From Malacoraja senta (taxonomy: Eukaryota): a stretch of DNA of 64,000 nucleotides. The notes below the pieces were generated by a model, which saw only the letters and a list, made by a program, of their open reading frames with translations, did not search any database and had not been told where the DNA came from. Made by a program: the position numbers and the translations under genes. The DNA is taken from positions 1,862,001 through 1,926,000 of the forward strand of contig CM075997.1 of assembly GCA_038087875.1 (NCBI GenBank). Direction: 5' to 3'. Positions 1 through 12,204 of the stretch are shown one piece after another (the stretch's first letter is position 1; the number at the start of each line of letters is the position of its first letter).

Positions 1-287
1 GCTCTATCCTCAGTCCCACCCCCCTCCCCCTTATTCCTCCCTCCTCCAATCATCGCGCTGAATCATCATGGCCCGCCCCCATTGCCTGCTGACCGACGTC
101 TCTCTCGTCCAATCGACACCCTCGATCATCAGTCCCACCCCCACTGTCTCGCGGAAAGCGGAGATTTCACCGGGTTTTAAAATCCGGATTACAAAAACTT
201 GGGGGGGGGGGGGATCGTCCCCCACCTTTGAAAACAGAGGGGGGAACGTGTGTCCCCCTGGCCCCTCCCCCGGGTTTTCCGCCCCTG
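1..287. mobile_element. Probable end of a hAT-like DNA transposon, truncated by the window edge
   Basis: GC-rich segment ending in ...TTTTCCGCCCCTG (reverse complement CAGGGGCGGAAAA, a hAT/Tip100-like terminus) that abuts CR1 sequence at 288. The other terminus is not in the window. Confidence 0.4.
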
Positions 288-925
288 GGTTCAAGGTGAA
301 GGGGAAAAGATTTAATTAGGAATCTGAGGGGTAACTTTTTCACACAGAGGGTGGTGGGTGTATGGAACGAGCTGCCAGAGGAGGTAGTCGAGGCTGGGAC
401 ATCTATAGTTCAAGAAGGAACTGCAGATGCTGGAAAATCAAAGGTAGACAAAAATGCTGGAGAAACTCAGCGGGTGCAGCAGCATCTATGGAGCGAAGGA
501 AATAGGCAACGTTTCGGGCCGAAACCCGGAAGGGTTTCGGCCTGAAACGTTGCCTATTTCCTTCAGTGTTTCGGCCCGAAATGTTGCCTATTTCCTTCAG
601 TGTTTCGGCCCGAAACGTTGCCTATTTCCTTCAGTGTTTCGGCCCGAAACATTGCCTATTTCCTTCAGTGTTTCGGCCCGAAACGTTGCCTATTTCCTTC
701 AGTGTTTCGGCCCGAAACGTTGCCTATTTCCTTCAGTGTTTCAGCCCGAAACGTTGCCTATTTCCTTCACTCCATAGATGCTGCTGCACCCGCTGAGTTT
801 CTCCAGCATTTTTGTCTAGGTACATCTATAGGACAGGTTTGGTGGGACTAGTGCAGCTGGGACATGTTGGCCGGTGTGGGCAAGTTGGGCTGAAGGGCCT
901 GTTTCCATACTGTATCACCCTATGT
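288..925 (+). mobile_element. CR1-type LINE 3' fragment, interrupted by the insertion at 409-818
   Basis: Encodes the CR1 C-terminal motif FFTQRVVGVWNELPEEVVEAG and ends in gggctgaagggcctgtttcc, the tail shared with the local SINEs. Confidence 0.75.
409..818. mobile_element. Fold-back PLE-terminus-derived element with 7 x 34-bp internal tandem repeat
   Basis: Inverted arms (agacaaaaatgctggagaaactcagcgggtgcagcagcatctatggag and its reverse complement) surround 7 copies of gtttcggcccgaaacgttgcctatttccttca(g)t starting at 534. Confidence 0.8.
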
Positions 926-1464
926 ACAGCTGCTACCGCACAACGCCACAAACCAGGGTTCGATCCTGACCTCGGCTCACCAAAGCCAATTAACCAACAA
1001 ACCCGCACGCCTTTTGAAACGTCACCCACTCCTCCTCTCCAGAGACGCTGCCCGTCCCGCTGAGTTCCTCCAGCATTTTGTGTCTATCTCTGGTGTAAAC
1101 CAGCATCTGCAGTTCCTTCCTACACAGTGTTATCTTTCTGCACCTCCATCCCACAATAGACCCCGGCTGAATGATTGATGTCGGAGAAGAAAGCTTCAAT
1201 AGAGGAGCTGGATCTGACATTTGGAAAATTAGAGTTGTTAATGTTTGATGATTTCCACTCTTGCGTCCCTTTATTTGGGGTATTTGCCGCTCATCGATCC
1301 AGCCAGTTCAAAGCCGCCTTAGATTCACCGTGGTGATTGGCTGCTCCGCACTGAGACCTTTCCCAGTTCAAGAACGGTGAGGTTGTGAATGATGCATGGG
1401 CCTGCCACCGCATGGAAATACATGTGTACTCAATTATTCAGCTTGCCTCTGCACCAGAATGATG

Positions 1465-1514
1465 CGTGTGTGTGTGTGTGTGTGTGTCTGTGTGTGTGTG
1501 TGTGTGTGTGTGTC

Positions 1515-1554
<40 letters not shown>

Positions 1555-1570
1555 TGTGTGTGTGTGTGTC

Positions 1571-1649
<79 letters not shown>

Positions 1650-1659
1650 CTGTGTGTGT

Positions 1660-1692
<33 letters not shown>

Positions 1693-1717
1693 AGTGTGTA
1701 TGTGTGTGTGTCTGTGT

Positions 1718-1768
<51 letters not shown>

Positions 1769-1816
1769 TGTGTATGTGTGTGTGTGTCTGTGTCTGTGTA
1801 TGTCTGTGTGTGCGTG

Positions 1817-1868
<52 letters not shown>

Positions 1869-1969
1869 TGTGTATGTGTGTGTGTGTCTGTGTCTGTGTA
1901 TGTCTGTGTGTGCGTGTGTGTGCGTGTGTGTGCGTGTGTGTGTGTGTGTCTGAGTGTGTGCGTGTGTGT

Positions 1970-2002
<33 letters not shown>

Positions 2003-2022
2003 TCTGTGTATATCTGTGTGTG

Positions 2023-2072
<50 letters not shown>

Positions 2073-2090
2073 TGTGTATATCTGTGTGTG

Positions 2091-2133
<43 letters not shown>

Positions 2134-2177
2134 CTGTGTGTGTGTGTGTCTGTGTATGTGTGTGTGTGTGTGTGTGT

Positions 2178-2226
<49 letters not shown>

Positions 2227-2241
2227 TGTGTATGTGTGTGT

Positions 2242-2273
<32 letters not shown>

Positions 2274-2279
2274 CTGTGT

Positions 2280-2315
<36 letters not shown>

Positions 2316-2375
2316 GTGTGTGTGTGCATCTGTGTGTGTCTGTGTATGTGTGTGTGTGTGTGTGTGTGTGACTGT

Positions 2376-2418
<43 letters not shown>

Positions 2419-2470
2419 TGTGTGTGTGGTGTATACACATGTGTATCTGTGACTGTCTGTGTGTGTGTGT
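1465..2470. repeat. Imperfect (TG)n microsatellite, about 1 kb
   Basis: Directly visible; source of the CV/HT-rich ORFs. Confidence 0.98.
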
Positions 2471-2512
2471 TGAAGCACACTTTCCCCTTTATCCAGGGAC
2501 TTCTGTAGCGAG

Positions 2513-2870
2513 AAACTCAGCGGGTGCAGCAGCATCTATGGAGCGAAGGAAATAGGCAACGTTTCGGGACGAAACCCTGAAGGAAATAGGCAACGTTTCG
2601 GGCCGAAACCCTGAAGGAAATAGGCAACGTTTCGGGACGAAACCCTGAAGGAAATAGGCAACGTTCAGGCCGAAACCCTGAAGGAAATAGGCAACGTTTC
2701 AGGCCGAAACCCTGAAGGAAATAGGCAACGTTTCGGGACGAAACCCTTCCGGGTTTCGGCCCGAAACGTTGCCTATTTCCTTTGCTCCATAGATGCTGCT
2801 TCACCCGCTGAGTTTCTCCAGCATTTTTGTCTACCTTCGATTTTCCAGCATCTGCAGTTCCTTCTTTAAC
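2513..2870. mobile_element. Fold-back PLE-derived element with about 6 x 34-bp repeat and 14-bp flanking duplication
   Basis: acttctgtagcgag at 2499-2512 and 2871-2884; inverted arms; tandem aggaaataggcaacgtttcgggccgaaaccctga. Confidence 0.85.
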
Positions 2871-4018
2871 ACTTCTGTAGCGAGGTTGGTCAACTGTGTA
2901 AATTGGAGCAGATTTGTTTTAATCTGTGGTAGGGAGAAGTAAATGCAGCCATTGAGCTAGGAGTTAACTCAGAGAACGCCTCTTGCAAAAAGGCAGCTCC
3001 ATTCAACCGGACTTAACTCGGGGCTAATATTTTGATAGATTGTTTTGGATGTGTTGTGAGTTTTATTGTATGTTAGCCCGATTCATTTGATTGAGTTTTA
3101 GCAAACGCTGCTTATGTCCAGCGAGGGCTGTGGAGGGGTTGATCTCGCAACCTCCGCAAGCAAACGCCAATGGACTTAGCTCTGTCTGTTCTAAAGCCCA
3201 CCTCCAATGCCTCTCCGTCCCTCCCCGCCTCTCCCATTCATGGATGGTCAGCCATGATCACATTGAATGGCGGTGCTGGCTCGAGGGGCCGAATGGCCTA
3301 CTCCTGCCCCTATTGTATCTATTGTCTATTCACTCCTCGTCTGCAGAATCCCAGCCGAGCAGCTGCCTTCCTATTGAAGACAGACACCAAATGCTGGAGT
3401 AACTCAGCGGGACAGGCAGCAGCATCTCTGGAGAGAAGGAATGGGTGACGTTTCAGGTCGAGAACCTTCTTCAGACCGCCTCGACCAGAAACGTCACCAA
3501 ATCCCTTCTCTCCAGAGATGCTGCCCTGCGTAACTCCAGCATTTTGTGCCTGTCAACCAGATCCCCTCCGCTCCGCACCATTCCACAGTGTCGTGTCATT
3601 CACTGTGGAGGTCCTGGCCTGGTTTGACCTCCCAAATTGCAGCACCCCGCACCCATGCTGCTTGCCTGGGAGGTTTCCCAACTTGACAACACTTCAAAGG
3701 GACTTACTTCTCTGACCGGTGATGTCTTTAGGCTGACGCGAAATCACAAAAGGCGTGGTGGAAATGCAAGCTTAAATTCCTTGCTCACAGGGACAGCACT
3801 TATTGCAATTAACAACCCTGACCTACAGCATGGTGCAATTAACCTATTATAATTAGTCCGATAACAATGGAGGAAATTGGATATGTGGGATTAGGAAGTG
3901 TATCCATAATCCCCAGCCCAGATCTATCGAAAATAAACAATTTTAATGTGTTGATTAGTATTTGATCTGTTGGAATTTCAAAAAAAATAATTGGATGCTC
4001 TTGAATTTAGTTAGACAT

Positions 4019-4358
4019 TGGCGCAGCGGTAGAGTTGCTGCCTTACAGCGCTTACAGCTCCAGAGACCCGGGTTCCATCCCGACTACGGGTGCTTGTCTG
4101 TACGGAGTTTGTACGTTCTCCACCGAGACCGCATGGGCTTTCCCCCAAGATCTCCGGTTTCCTCCCGCACCCCAAAGACGTACAGGTTTGTAGGTTAATT
4201 GGCTTGGGTTTGTATACTTGGTAAAATGTGTAAATTGTATAAATTGTGTAAATTGTTCCCTAGTGTGTGTAGGGTAGTGTTAATGTGCGGGGATCGCTGG
4301 TCGGCGTGGATTCACAGAAGGGCCTGTTTCCGCGCTGTATCGCTAAATAAACTAAACT
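4019..4358 (+). mobile_element. tRNA-derived V-SINE (HE1-like)
   Basis: A-box-like tggcgcagcggt, B-box-like ggttccatcc, V-domain-like ggagtttgtacgttctc...ggtttcctcccgcaccccaaagac, and (taaac)n tail. Confidence 0.85.
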
Positions 4359-4401
4359 GGGGTGTGTGTACAGATTCGCTTCCTGAGGTCGATCACCATC
4401 T

Positions 4402-5137
4402 CAATAGACAATAGACAAAAGGTGCAGGAGTAGAGGCCATTTGGCCCTTCGAGCCAGCACCGCCATTCAATGTGATCATGGCTGATCGTCCCCAATCAGT
4501 ACCCCGTTCCTGCCTTCTCCCCATATCCCCTGACTCCGCTATCTTTAAGAGCCCTATCTAGCTCTCTCTTGAAAGCATCCAGAGAACCTGCCTCCACCGC
4601 CCTCTGAGGCAGAGAATTCCACAGACTCACCACTCTCTGTGAGAAAAAGTGTTTCCTCGTCTCCGTTCTAAATGGCTTACCCCTTATTCTTAAACTGTGT
4701 GGCCCCTGGTTCTGGACTCCCCCAACATCGGGAACATGTTTCCTGCCTCTAGCGTGTCCAAACCCTTAACAATCTTAGGTACACAAAAATGCTGGAGAAA
4801 CTCAGCGGGTGCAGCAGCATCTATGGAGCGAAGGAGATAGGCAACGTTTCGGGCCGAAACCCTTCTTCAGACAATCTTATATGTTTCAATAAGATACCTC
4901 ACATCCTTCTAAACTCCAGAGTGTACAAGCCCAGCCGCTCCATTCTCTCAGCATATGACAGTCCCGCCATCCCGGGAATTAACCTTGTAAACCTACGCTG
5001 CACTCCCTCAATAGCAAGAATGTCCTTCCTCAAATTAGGGGACCAAAACTGCACACAATACTCCAGGTGTGGTCTCACTAGGGCTCTGTACAACTGCAGA
5101 AGGACCTCTTTGCTCCTATATTCGATTCCTCTTGTTA
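4402..5137 (-). mobile_element. CR1 LINE 3' fragment with nested PLE-derived insertion at 4778-4870
   Basis: Translates to LYRALVRPHLEYCVQFWSP; (attgtct)n tail. The nested insert is flanked by acaatctta at 4769-4777 and 4871-4879. Confidence 0.9.
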
Positions 5138-5312
5138 TGAATCTCCTTTGTCTTGCTGGCATTGAGGGAGAGGTGGTTGTTGCTGGGAGGTGGCGGGTCT
5201 CTGCCTGCTGAACCACAAGAGCATCTCTTGACCTCGTGTGTGGTGTGATGTGATGGCTACTGTGCCGAACAAGCGTGTCACTGTTTCTCTGTACACGCAA
5301 CAATATGGCAAC

Positions 5313-5635
5313 CACGGTGGCGCAGCGGGTTGAGCTGCTGCCTCACGGTGCCAGACACCCAGGTTCAATCCTGACCACGGGTGCTGCCTGTACGGAGTTT
5401 GCACGATCTCCCCGTGACCACGTGGGTTTTCTCCGGGTGCTCCGGTTTCCTCCAACACTCCAAAGACGTGCTGGTTTGTAGGATAATTGGCTTGGTATAA
5501 ATATAAATTGTCCCTAGTGTGTGTGTGTGTGTGTGTGTGTGTGGGGCAGTGTTAATGTGCGGGGATCGCTGGTCGGCACGGACTTGGTGGGCTGAAGGGC
5601 CTGTTTCCGCGCTGTTTTTCTAAACTAAACTAAAC
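5313..5635 (+). mobile_element. V-SINE (HE1-like)
   Basis: A/B boxes, V-domain and (taaac)n tail as in the 4019 copy. Confidence 0.85.
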
Positions 5636-6070
5636 CATTGGGGCATCTGATGGCCAACTAGCACAAAGTCGATGGGCTGATTGGCCTCGTTCTTCATTGT
5701 CAGTTTCCGTTGATCCCACGAAACGCTTTTATCGTGAAATTTTCCCTCCTTGTAACGCAAAATGGGTGAAAGAGCAGAGTTAGTGAAGAGACGGAAGTTG
5801 TCTCAGGTTTGCTAGTTTGCACACAACAGGACCCTTGCAAAGGAAATCTTTACCGCTTTCTCCGACTGAATAACTTGTGGCAGCTTTGATGATCGCAGAG
5901 ATAAAAGAGTTTTCTGGACGCTAAGGGAATCGCGGGATTATGGAGATTGGGCAGGAGTGTGGAATTGAGGTCACCGGTTCTTCTCTCCAGAGATGCTGCC
6001 TGACCCGTTGAGTCACTCCAGCATTTTGTGTCTATCCTTGGTTTAAACCAGCATCTGCAGTTCCTGCACA

Positions 6071-8135
6071 TTCAGATTCAGATTCAACTTTATTGTCATT
6101 GTGCAGTGTACAGTACAGAGACAATGAAATGCAGTTAGCATCTCCCTAGAAGAGCAACATAAATATGAGCAATTAATAAATATAATAAATCCTGGTGGGA
6201 GGAGTGTCCGGGGGGGGGGGGGGTGGGGGGTGATTGGCAGTCACCGAGGTACAGTGTTGAGTAGTGTAACAGCCGCAGGGAAGAAGCTGTTCCTGGACCT
6301 GCTGGTCCGGCAACGGAGGGACCTGTAGCGCCTCCCGGATGGGAAGAGTGTAAACAGTCTGTGGTTGGGGTGAGAGCAGTCCTTGACGATGCTGAGCGCC
6401 CTTCGCAGACATCGCTTGCTCTGGAAAGACTCAATGGAGGGGAGTGAGGAACCGGTGATGCGTTGGGCAGTTTTCACCACCCTCTGCAGTGCTTTCCGGT
6501 CGGAGACAGAGCAGTTGCCGTACCATACTGTGATACAGTTGGTGAGGATGCTCGCGATGGTGCAGCGGTAGAAGTTCACCAGAATCTGAGGAGACAGATG
6601 GACCTTCTTTAGTCTCCTCAGGAAGAAGAGACGCTGGTGAGCCTTCTTGACCAGAGTTGAGGTATTGTTGGTCCAAGAGAGGTCATCGGAGATGTTGACC
6701 CCCAGGAACCTGAAGCTGGAAACACGTTCCACCTCCCTCCCGTTAATGTGGATGGGGGTGTGCATGCCGCCCCTAGACTTCCTGAAGTCTACAATGAGCT
6801 CCTTGGTCTTCTTGGAGTTAAGGGCCAGGTTGTTGTCAGCGCACCATGCTGCTAGGAGCTGGACCTCCTCCCTATAGGCCGACTCATCGTTGTTGCTGAT
6901 GAGGCCAATCACCGTTGTATCATCTGCATACTTGATGATGGTGTTAGTACCATGTACAGGTGTGCAGTCGTAGGTGAAGAGGGAGTAGAGGAGGGGGCTC
7001 AGCACACAGCCCTGTGGAACGCCGGTGTTCAGGGTGAGGGTTGAAGAGGTGTGCTTGTCTAACCTAACAGACTGGGGTCTGTTGGTTAGAAAGTCCAGTA
7101 TCCAGTTGCAGAGGGAGGGGTTGATGCCTAGGTCACCGAGTTTGGTGATCAGTTTAGAGGGTATGATGGTGTTGAATGCTGAGCTGTAATCGATGAACAG
7201 CATTCTTACGTAAGTGTCTCTGTTGTCGAGGTGGGAGAGGGCGGAGTGAAGTGCCGTTGAGATGGCATCCTCCGTACTCCTGTTCTTGCGGTAGGCAAAC
7301 TGATAGGGATCCAACGTGGGGGGTAGGCAGCCTTTGAGGTGTGCCAGGACCAGCCTCTCGAAGCACTTGGCGATGATGGGAGTAAGTGTAACTGGGCGGA
7401 AGTCGTTGAGGCTTGCCGCAGTGGAGTGTTTTGGCACCGGCACGATGGAGGTGGATTTAAGGCACGTGGGCACAACTGCTTGGGCAAGTAACAGGTTGAA
7501 GATGTCAGTCCAGACGTCTGTCAGCTGCGCAGCACAGGCCCTGAGGACACGCCCGGGGATGCCGTCAGGGCCAGCAGCCTTACGTGCATTAGTCCTACTC
7601 AGTGCCACGTACACGTCGAAGGGGGTGAGTGAGAGGGGCTGGTGATCGGCAGGGAGCACCGCCTTGATGGCCATCTCTAGATTGTCCCTATCGAAGCGGC
7701 CATAGAAGTGGTTGAGCTCCTCAAGGAAGGAGGCGTTACTGGATGTGGGGGTGGTGTTGGTGGGTCTAAAGTCCGTGATGGCCTGGATGCCTTGCCACAT
7801 GCGTCGGGGGGTCGGAGTTGTTGTTGAAGTGCTCCTCAATCCTGAGTTTATGGCAGTGCTTGGCCTTCTTTATGCCCTTCTTCAGGTTGGCCCTGGATGA
7901 ACTATAGGCTCGGGCATCGCCTGACCTGAAAGCGGTGTCCCGTGCTTTCAGCAGTAGCCTGACCTCGCTGTTCATCCATGGCTTCTGATTGGGGAATATG
8001 GTCACCCGTTTGAGGGAGGTGACACTGTTGATGGTGGAGTTTATAAAGTCCAGAACAGAGGATGTATAGGAGTCAATGTCCGTGTGGGAGTCAAGGGTGG
8101 CCTGGGCTGCAAACGCCTTCCAGTCAGTGTTTCCA
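6071..8135 (-). mobile_element. 5'-truncated Rex1/Babar-clade LINE, copy A
   Basis: ORFs 7766-8005 and 6241-7839 are joined by one frameshift. RT motifs [41 protein letters not shown]. The 3' UTR ends in a (tctgaa)n tail. Confidence 0.92.
6241..8005 (-). pseudogene. Reverse transcriptase ORF of Rex1/Babar copy A (frameshifted, no endonuclease)
   Basis: 532-aa open frame with a complete RT core through the C-terminus; the upstream part is in another frame. Confidence 0.85.
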
Positions 8136-8186
8136 AAACCAACATCATGGTCAACCTTGGTCTTATTGAACAGGGAAACAAGACTT

Positions 8187-10036
8187 AAGAGTCAAGAGTC
8201 TTTCATTGTCATATGTCCCGGACAGGACAATGAAATTCTTACTTGCTGCAGCACAACAGAATATGTGAATATGTAAACATTGTATACAATGGAGGGGAAA
8301 AAAAGAAAAAGTTCACTAAATAACAAATATAGTACAAATAACAAATAATAATAGTCTTTTGCAGTTCAGAGCTCAGAGCTTATTCGTTGTGTTTAATAGC
8401 CTGATGGCTGTGGGAAAGAAGCTGTTCCTGAACCTGGACGTTACAGTCTTCAGGCTCCTGTACCTTCTACCTGATGAGATGAGTGTGTGGCCAGGATGGT
8501 GTGGGTCCTTGATGATGTTGGCTGCCTTCTTGAGGCAGCGACTACGATAGATCCCTTCGACGGTGGGGAGGTCAGAGCCGGCGATGGACTGGGCAGTGGT
8601 CACAACTTTTTCTAGTCTTTTCCGCTCCTGGACGTTCAAGTTGCCGAACCAGGCCACAATGCAACCAGTCAGAATGCTCTCTACCGCGCACCTGTAGAAG
8701 TTTGGGAGAATCCTCGTCGACATGCCGACTCTCCGTAATCTTCTCAGGAAGTAGAGTCGCGGATGTGCCTTCTTTATAATTGCATCGGTGTGCTGGGTCC
8801 AGGAAAGGTCTTCTGATATATGCACGCCCAGGAATTTGAAGTTCTTGACCCTCTCCACCATCGTCCCGTTGATATAAACAGGATTGTGGGTCCTCATCCT
8901 TCCCCTACTAAAGTCCACACTCAGTTCCTTGGTTTTGCTGGTGTTGAGAGCCAGGTTATTGTGCTGGCACCATTTGGTCAGTCGGTCAATGTCACTTCTA
9001 TACTCTGACTCGTCCCCATCTGTGATTCGTCCAACCACAGTGGTGTCATCGGCGAACTTGATGATGGAGTTCGCACTATGTCCGGCTACGCAGTCATGAG
9101 TATAGAGTGAGTACAGCAGGGGGCTGAGCACGCAGCCTTGAGGTGCTCCCGCGCTGATTGTTCTCGAGGATGACACATTTCCACCAATACGGACAGACTG
9201 TGGTCTGTGAATGAGGAAGTCGAGGATCCAATTGCAGAGGGATGCGCTGAGACCCAGATCTGAGAGCTTGGTAATCAGCTTGGAGGGGATGATGGTATTA
9301 AATGCCGAGCTGTAGTCAATGAATAACAGCCTGACATATGAGTTTTTGTTGTCCAAGTGGTCCAGAGCGGAGTGGAGAGCCAGCGAGATCGCATCCACCG
9401 TTGATCTGTTGTGGCGGTAAGCGAACTGCAGTGGGTCCAGGTTTTTGTCGAGGTAGGAGTTGATTTGCGCCATGATCAACCTCTCAAAGCACTTCATCAC
9501 CACAGACGTTAGTGCCACTGGTCGATAGTCATTGAGGCACGTCACCTTGCTCTTCTTGGGCACCGGTATAATTGATGCCCTTTTAAAGCAGGTGGGAACC
9601 TCAGACCTCAGAAGTGAGAGGTTGAAAATGTCCGTAAAAACTCCAGCCAGTTGGTCCGCACAGGTCTTGAGAACACGACCAGGTAACCATCAGGTCCAGG
9701 CACTTTCCGAGGGTTCACCCCCCTGAAGGATCTTCTGACGTCGGCCCCTGTGAGTGGGACTGTAACACCGTCAGGGTGAAAGGGGGCTCGGGAAGGCACA
9801 TCGGTGTTCTCCCTATCAAAGCGTTCGTAAAACGCAGTGAGCTCGTCAGGGAGTGATGTTTCGCTGACATTTGAGCTGCCTCCTGATTTCGCCTTGTAGG
9901 AGGTGATAGCATTCAAACCCCACCACAGTTGCCGAACATCCGTCTCATTCTCCAGCTTGGAGCGGAAGTCCCTTTTGGCCGTTTTTGATGGCCTTACCAA
10001 GGTCATATCTGGACTTCTTATAGACCTCAGTATCAC
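8187..10036 (-). mobile_element. 5'-truncated Rex1/Babar-clade LINE, copy B (different subfamily)
   Basis: ORFs 9608-10036 and 8373-9563; motifs [36 protein letters not shown]; (gactctt)n tail. Confidence 0.92.
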
Positions 10037-10327
10037 CAGACAACCTCAGGAGATAAGGACTGAATAGCCTCCTTCACCTTTTCCTTCTTCTCTCATGGCT
10101 CGGTCAACATGGTTACTTTTGGGCCAAAGACTGGGGCGGCACGGTGGCGCAGCGGTAGAGTTGCCGCCATACAGCGCTTGCAGCGCCGGAGACCCGGGTT
10201 CGATCCCGACTACGGGTGCTGTCTATACGGGGTTTGCACGTTCCACTACCAGGGGAGGTAGTGCAATGGTGTAATGCTGCTTAGGTGTTTATATGCAATA
10301 GGCGTTTAAGATGCTTTTCGATAGACT

Positions 10328-10625
10328 TTAGACTTTAGAGTTACAGAGTGGAAACACACCCTTCGGCCCGCCGAGATCGTGCTGACCAGCGATACACTAA
10401 CAATATCCTACACGCATTAGGGACAATTTATCATTTTTACCGAAGGCAATTAGCCTACAAATCCGCACGACTTTGGAGTGTGGGAGGAAACTGGAGCGCT
10501 CGGAGAAAACCCACGCGGTCACAGAGAGAACGTACAAACTCCGTACAGACAGCACCCGTAGCCAGGATCGAACCCGGGTCACTGGCGCTGTGAGGCAGCA
10601 GCTCTACCCGCTGCTCCTCCGTGAC
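10328..10625 (-). mobile_element. V-SINE (HE1-like)
   Basis: Reverse complement of the SINE consensus seen elsewhere in the window. Confidence 0.8.
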
Positions 10626-10739
10626 GCCCCAAAGTCTTAACGTCCACAATTGGGGTCTTATCGAACGACCTTAAGAGTGGTCTTCCCCGCACGATAGGGG
10701 TGAAGAGGTGACCGAGTTGCGATCTATAATTGCGAATTG

Positions 10740-10956
10740 TGAATTCTCTGCCTCAGAGGGCGGTGGAGGCCGGTTCTCTGGATGCTTTCAAGAGAGAGCT
10801 AGATGGGGCTCTTAAAAATAGCGGAGTCAGGGGATATGGGGAGAAGGCAGGAACGGGGTACTGATTGGGGACGATCAGCCATGATCACATTGAATGGCGG
10901 TGCTGGCTCGAAGGGCTAAATGGCCTACTCCTGCACCTATTGTCTATTGTCTATTG
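10740..10956 (+). mobile_element. CR1 3' end
   Basis: gaattctctgcctcagagggcggtggagg...cctattgtctattgtctattg tail. Confidence 0.85.
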
Positions 10957-11693
10957 AGAGAAGTCAGACCCTCTGGGCAACATGTAATCATCAAAACCTA
11001 CGGCAGATAGAATAGATCGTTCAGCCCATCATGCCCATACTAGCCAGGAGCTTGATCCCAATTCCCAGATCTTGGTCTCTCGCCCCCCAGGTTAACACTC
11101 CTCAAGAATTCATCCACATGCTTCTGAGCTGTGGAGAATGCCTCTTGCCTCGAGCACCCCTTCAGGCTATGTTCCACTTGCAGAGTGGAATAATTTCTTT
11201 TCTCAACTTCCCCCGTAGCAATGTACACACATTTATCCTCTGTAGTTACGGGAAAAGGAACTGTTGACTGTCTGGGGCTGTTGTAATCTTATGCACCTCA
11301 GCTTAAACCCTCTGGCACTAGTATCTTTGGTTTAAACCTCCCCTCAATCTCTTTGTTCCAAAACATAATCCTCATGCTAGCTAACTCGATGGGCTGAAGG
11401 GCTGTAACTTTCCTTGCCGTAGCTCCAAACTAACCTAAACTAAAAGGCTTTTAGTCTGAAGAAGGGTCTCGACCCCAAACTAAAATTAGGTCATTCGGCC
11501 CATCAGGTCTACTCCGCCATTCAATCACGGCTGATCTACCTTCCCTCTCGACCCCATTCTCCTGCCTTCTCCCCATAGCCCCTGACACCCGCACTAATCA
11601 AGAATCTACCAATGTCTTAAAAATATCCGTTGACGTGGCCACCGTCTTCTGTGGCAATGAATTCCACAGATGCACCAATTCTGGCTGAAGAGT

Positions 11694-11722
11694 CTGAAGA
11701 AGGGTCTCGACCCGAAACGTCA
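11694..11722 (+). ncRNA. Representative minimal hammerhead-ribozyme-like motif in a PLE terminus
   Basis: CTGAAGA-A-GGGTC(TC)GACCC-GAAA-CG-TC: core boxes, stem II and a palindromic ACGT in place of stem III. Activity is not demonstrated. Confidence 0.55.
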
Positions 11723-12013
11723 CCCATTCCTTCTCTCCAGAGACGCTGCCCGTCCCGCTGAGTTACTCCAGCATTTTGTGTTTATCTAAACTAAAACTAA
11801 CTGGCCTATTTTCTTTACCATCGTTACTTTCATTCATTTCTTCTATATCTCTCCACATCACCTTTCCCCTAACTCTCAGTCTGAAGAAGGGGCTCGATAT
11901 GAAACATCACCCATTCCTTTTTCTCCAGAGATGCTACCCGACCCGCTGAGTTACTCCAGCATTTTGTGTCTATCTTCACCAATACCTTAGACAGACACAA
12001 AATGCTGGAGAAA

Positions 12014-12204
12014 AAGGCCTGTCCCACTTGGGTGTCATTTGCGTGTCACGCAGGTGGCGCGCGAAGATTTTGTACATCCCAAAAATCCTGGGGGGCCGCG
12101 CGCAACCGCGCGTCACTGCCTACGTCACCACGCACCGTGCGTCGTGACGAGTAAACCATGTCACGTAAATTACGCGCAAATGACACCCAAGTGGGACAGG
12201 CCCT
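12014..12204. mobile_element. PIF/Harbinger-type MITE
   Basis: Perfect 28-bp inverted repeats at 12016-12043 and 12175-12202 (ggcctgtcccacttgggtgtcatttgcg). Inserted at the TAA of a gctggagTAActcagc motif, with AAA/TAA flanks. Confidence 0.85.

Noticed and set aside
534..770. CRISPR-like regularly spaced 34-39 bp repeats (also 2547-2745, 19450-19755, 25076-25580)
   Set aside because: Units are contiguous with no unique spacers, there are no cas genes and the context is eukaryotic; these are tandem minisatellites.
1389..2535. Long CV/HT-rich ORFs (also 26016-26932, 38540-40280, 41613-43259, 56601-57101)
   Set aside because: Translations of TG/CA microsatellites, open in several frames on both strands.
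10133..10215. tRNA-like A/B-box sequences at SINE heads
   Set aside because: They continue into the SINE body and lack a complete cloverleaf end; not tRNA genes.
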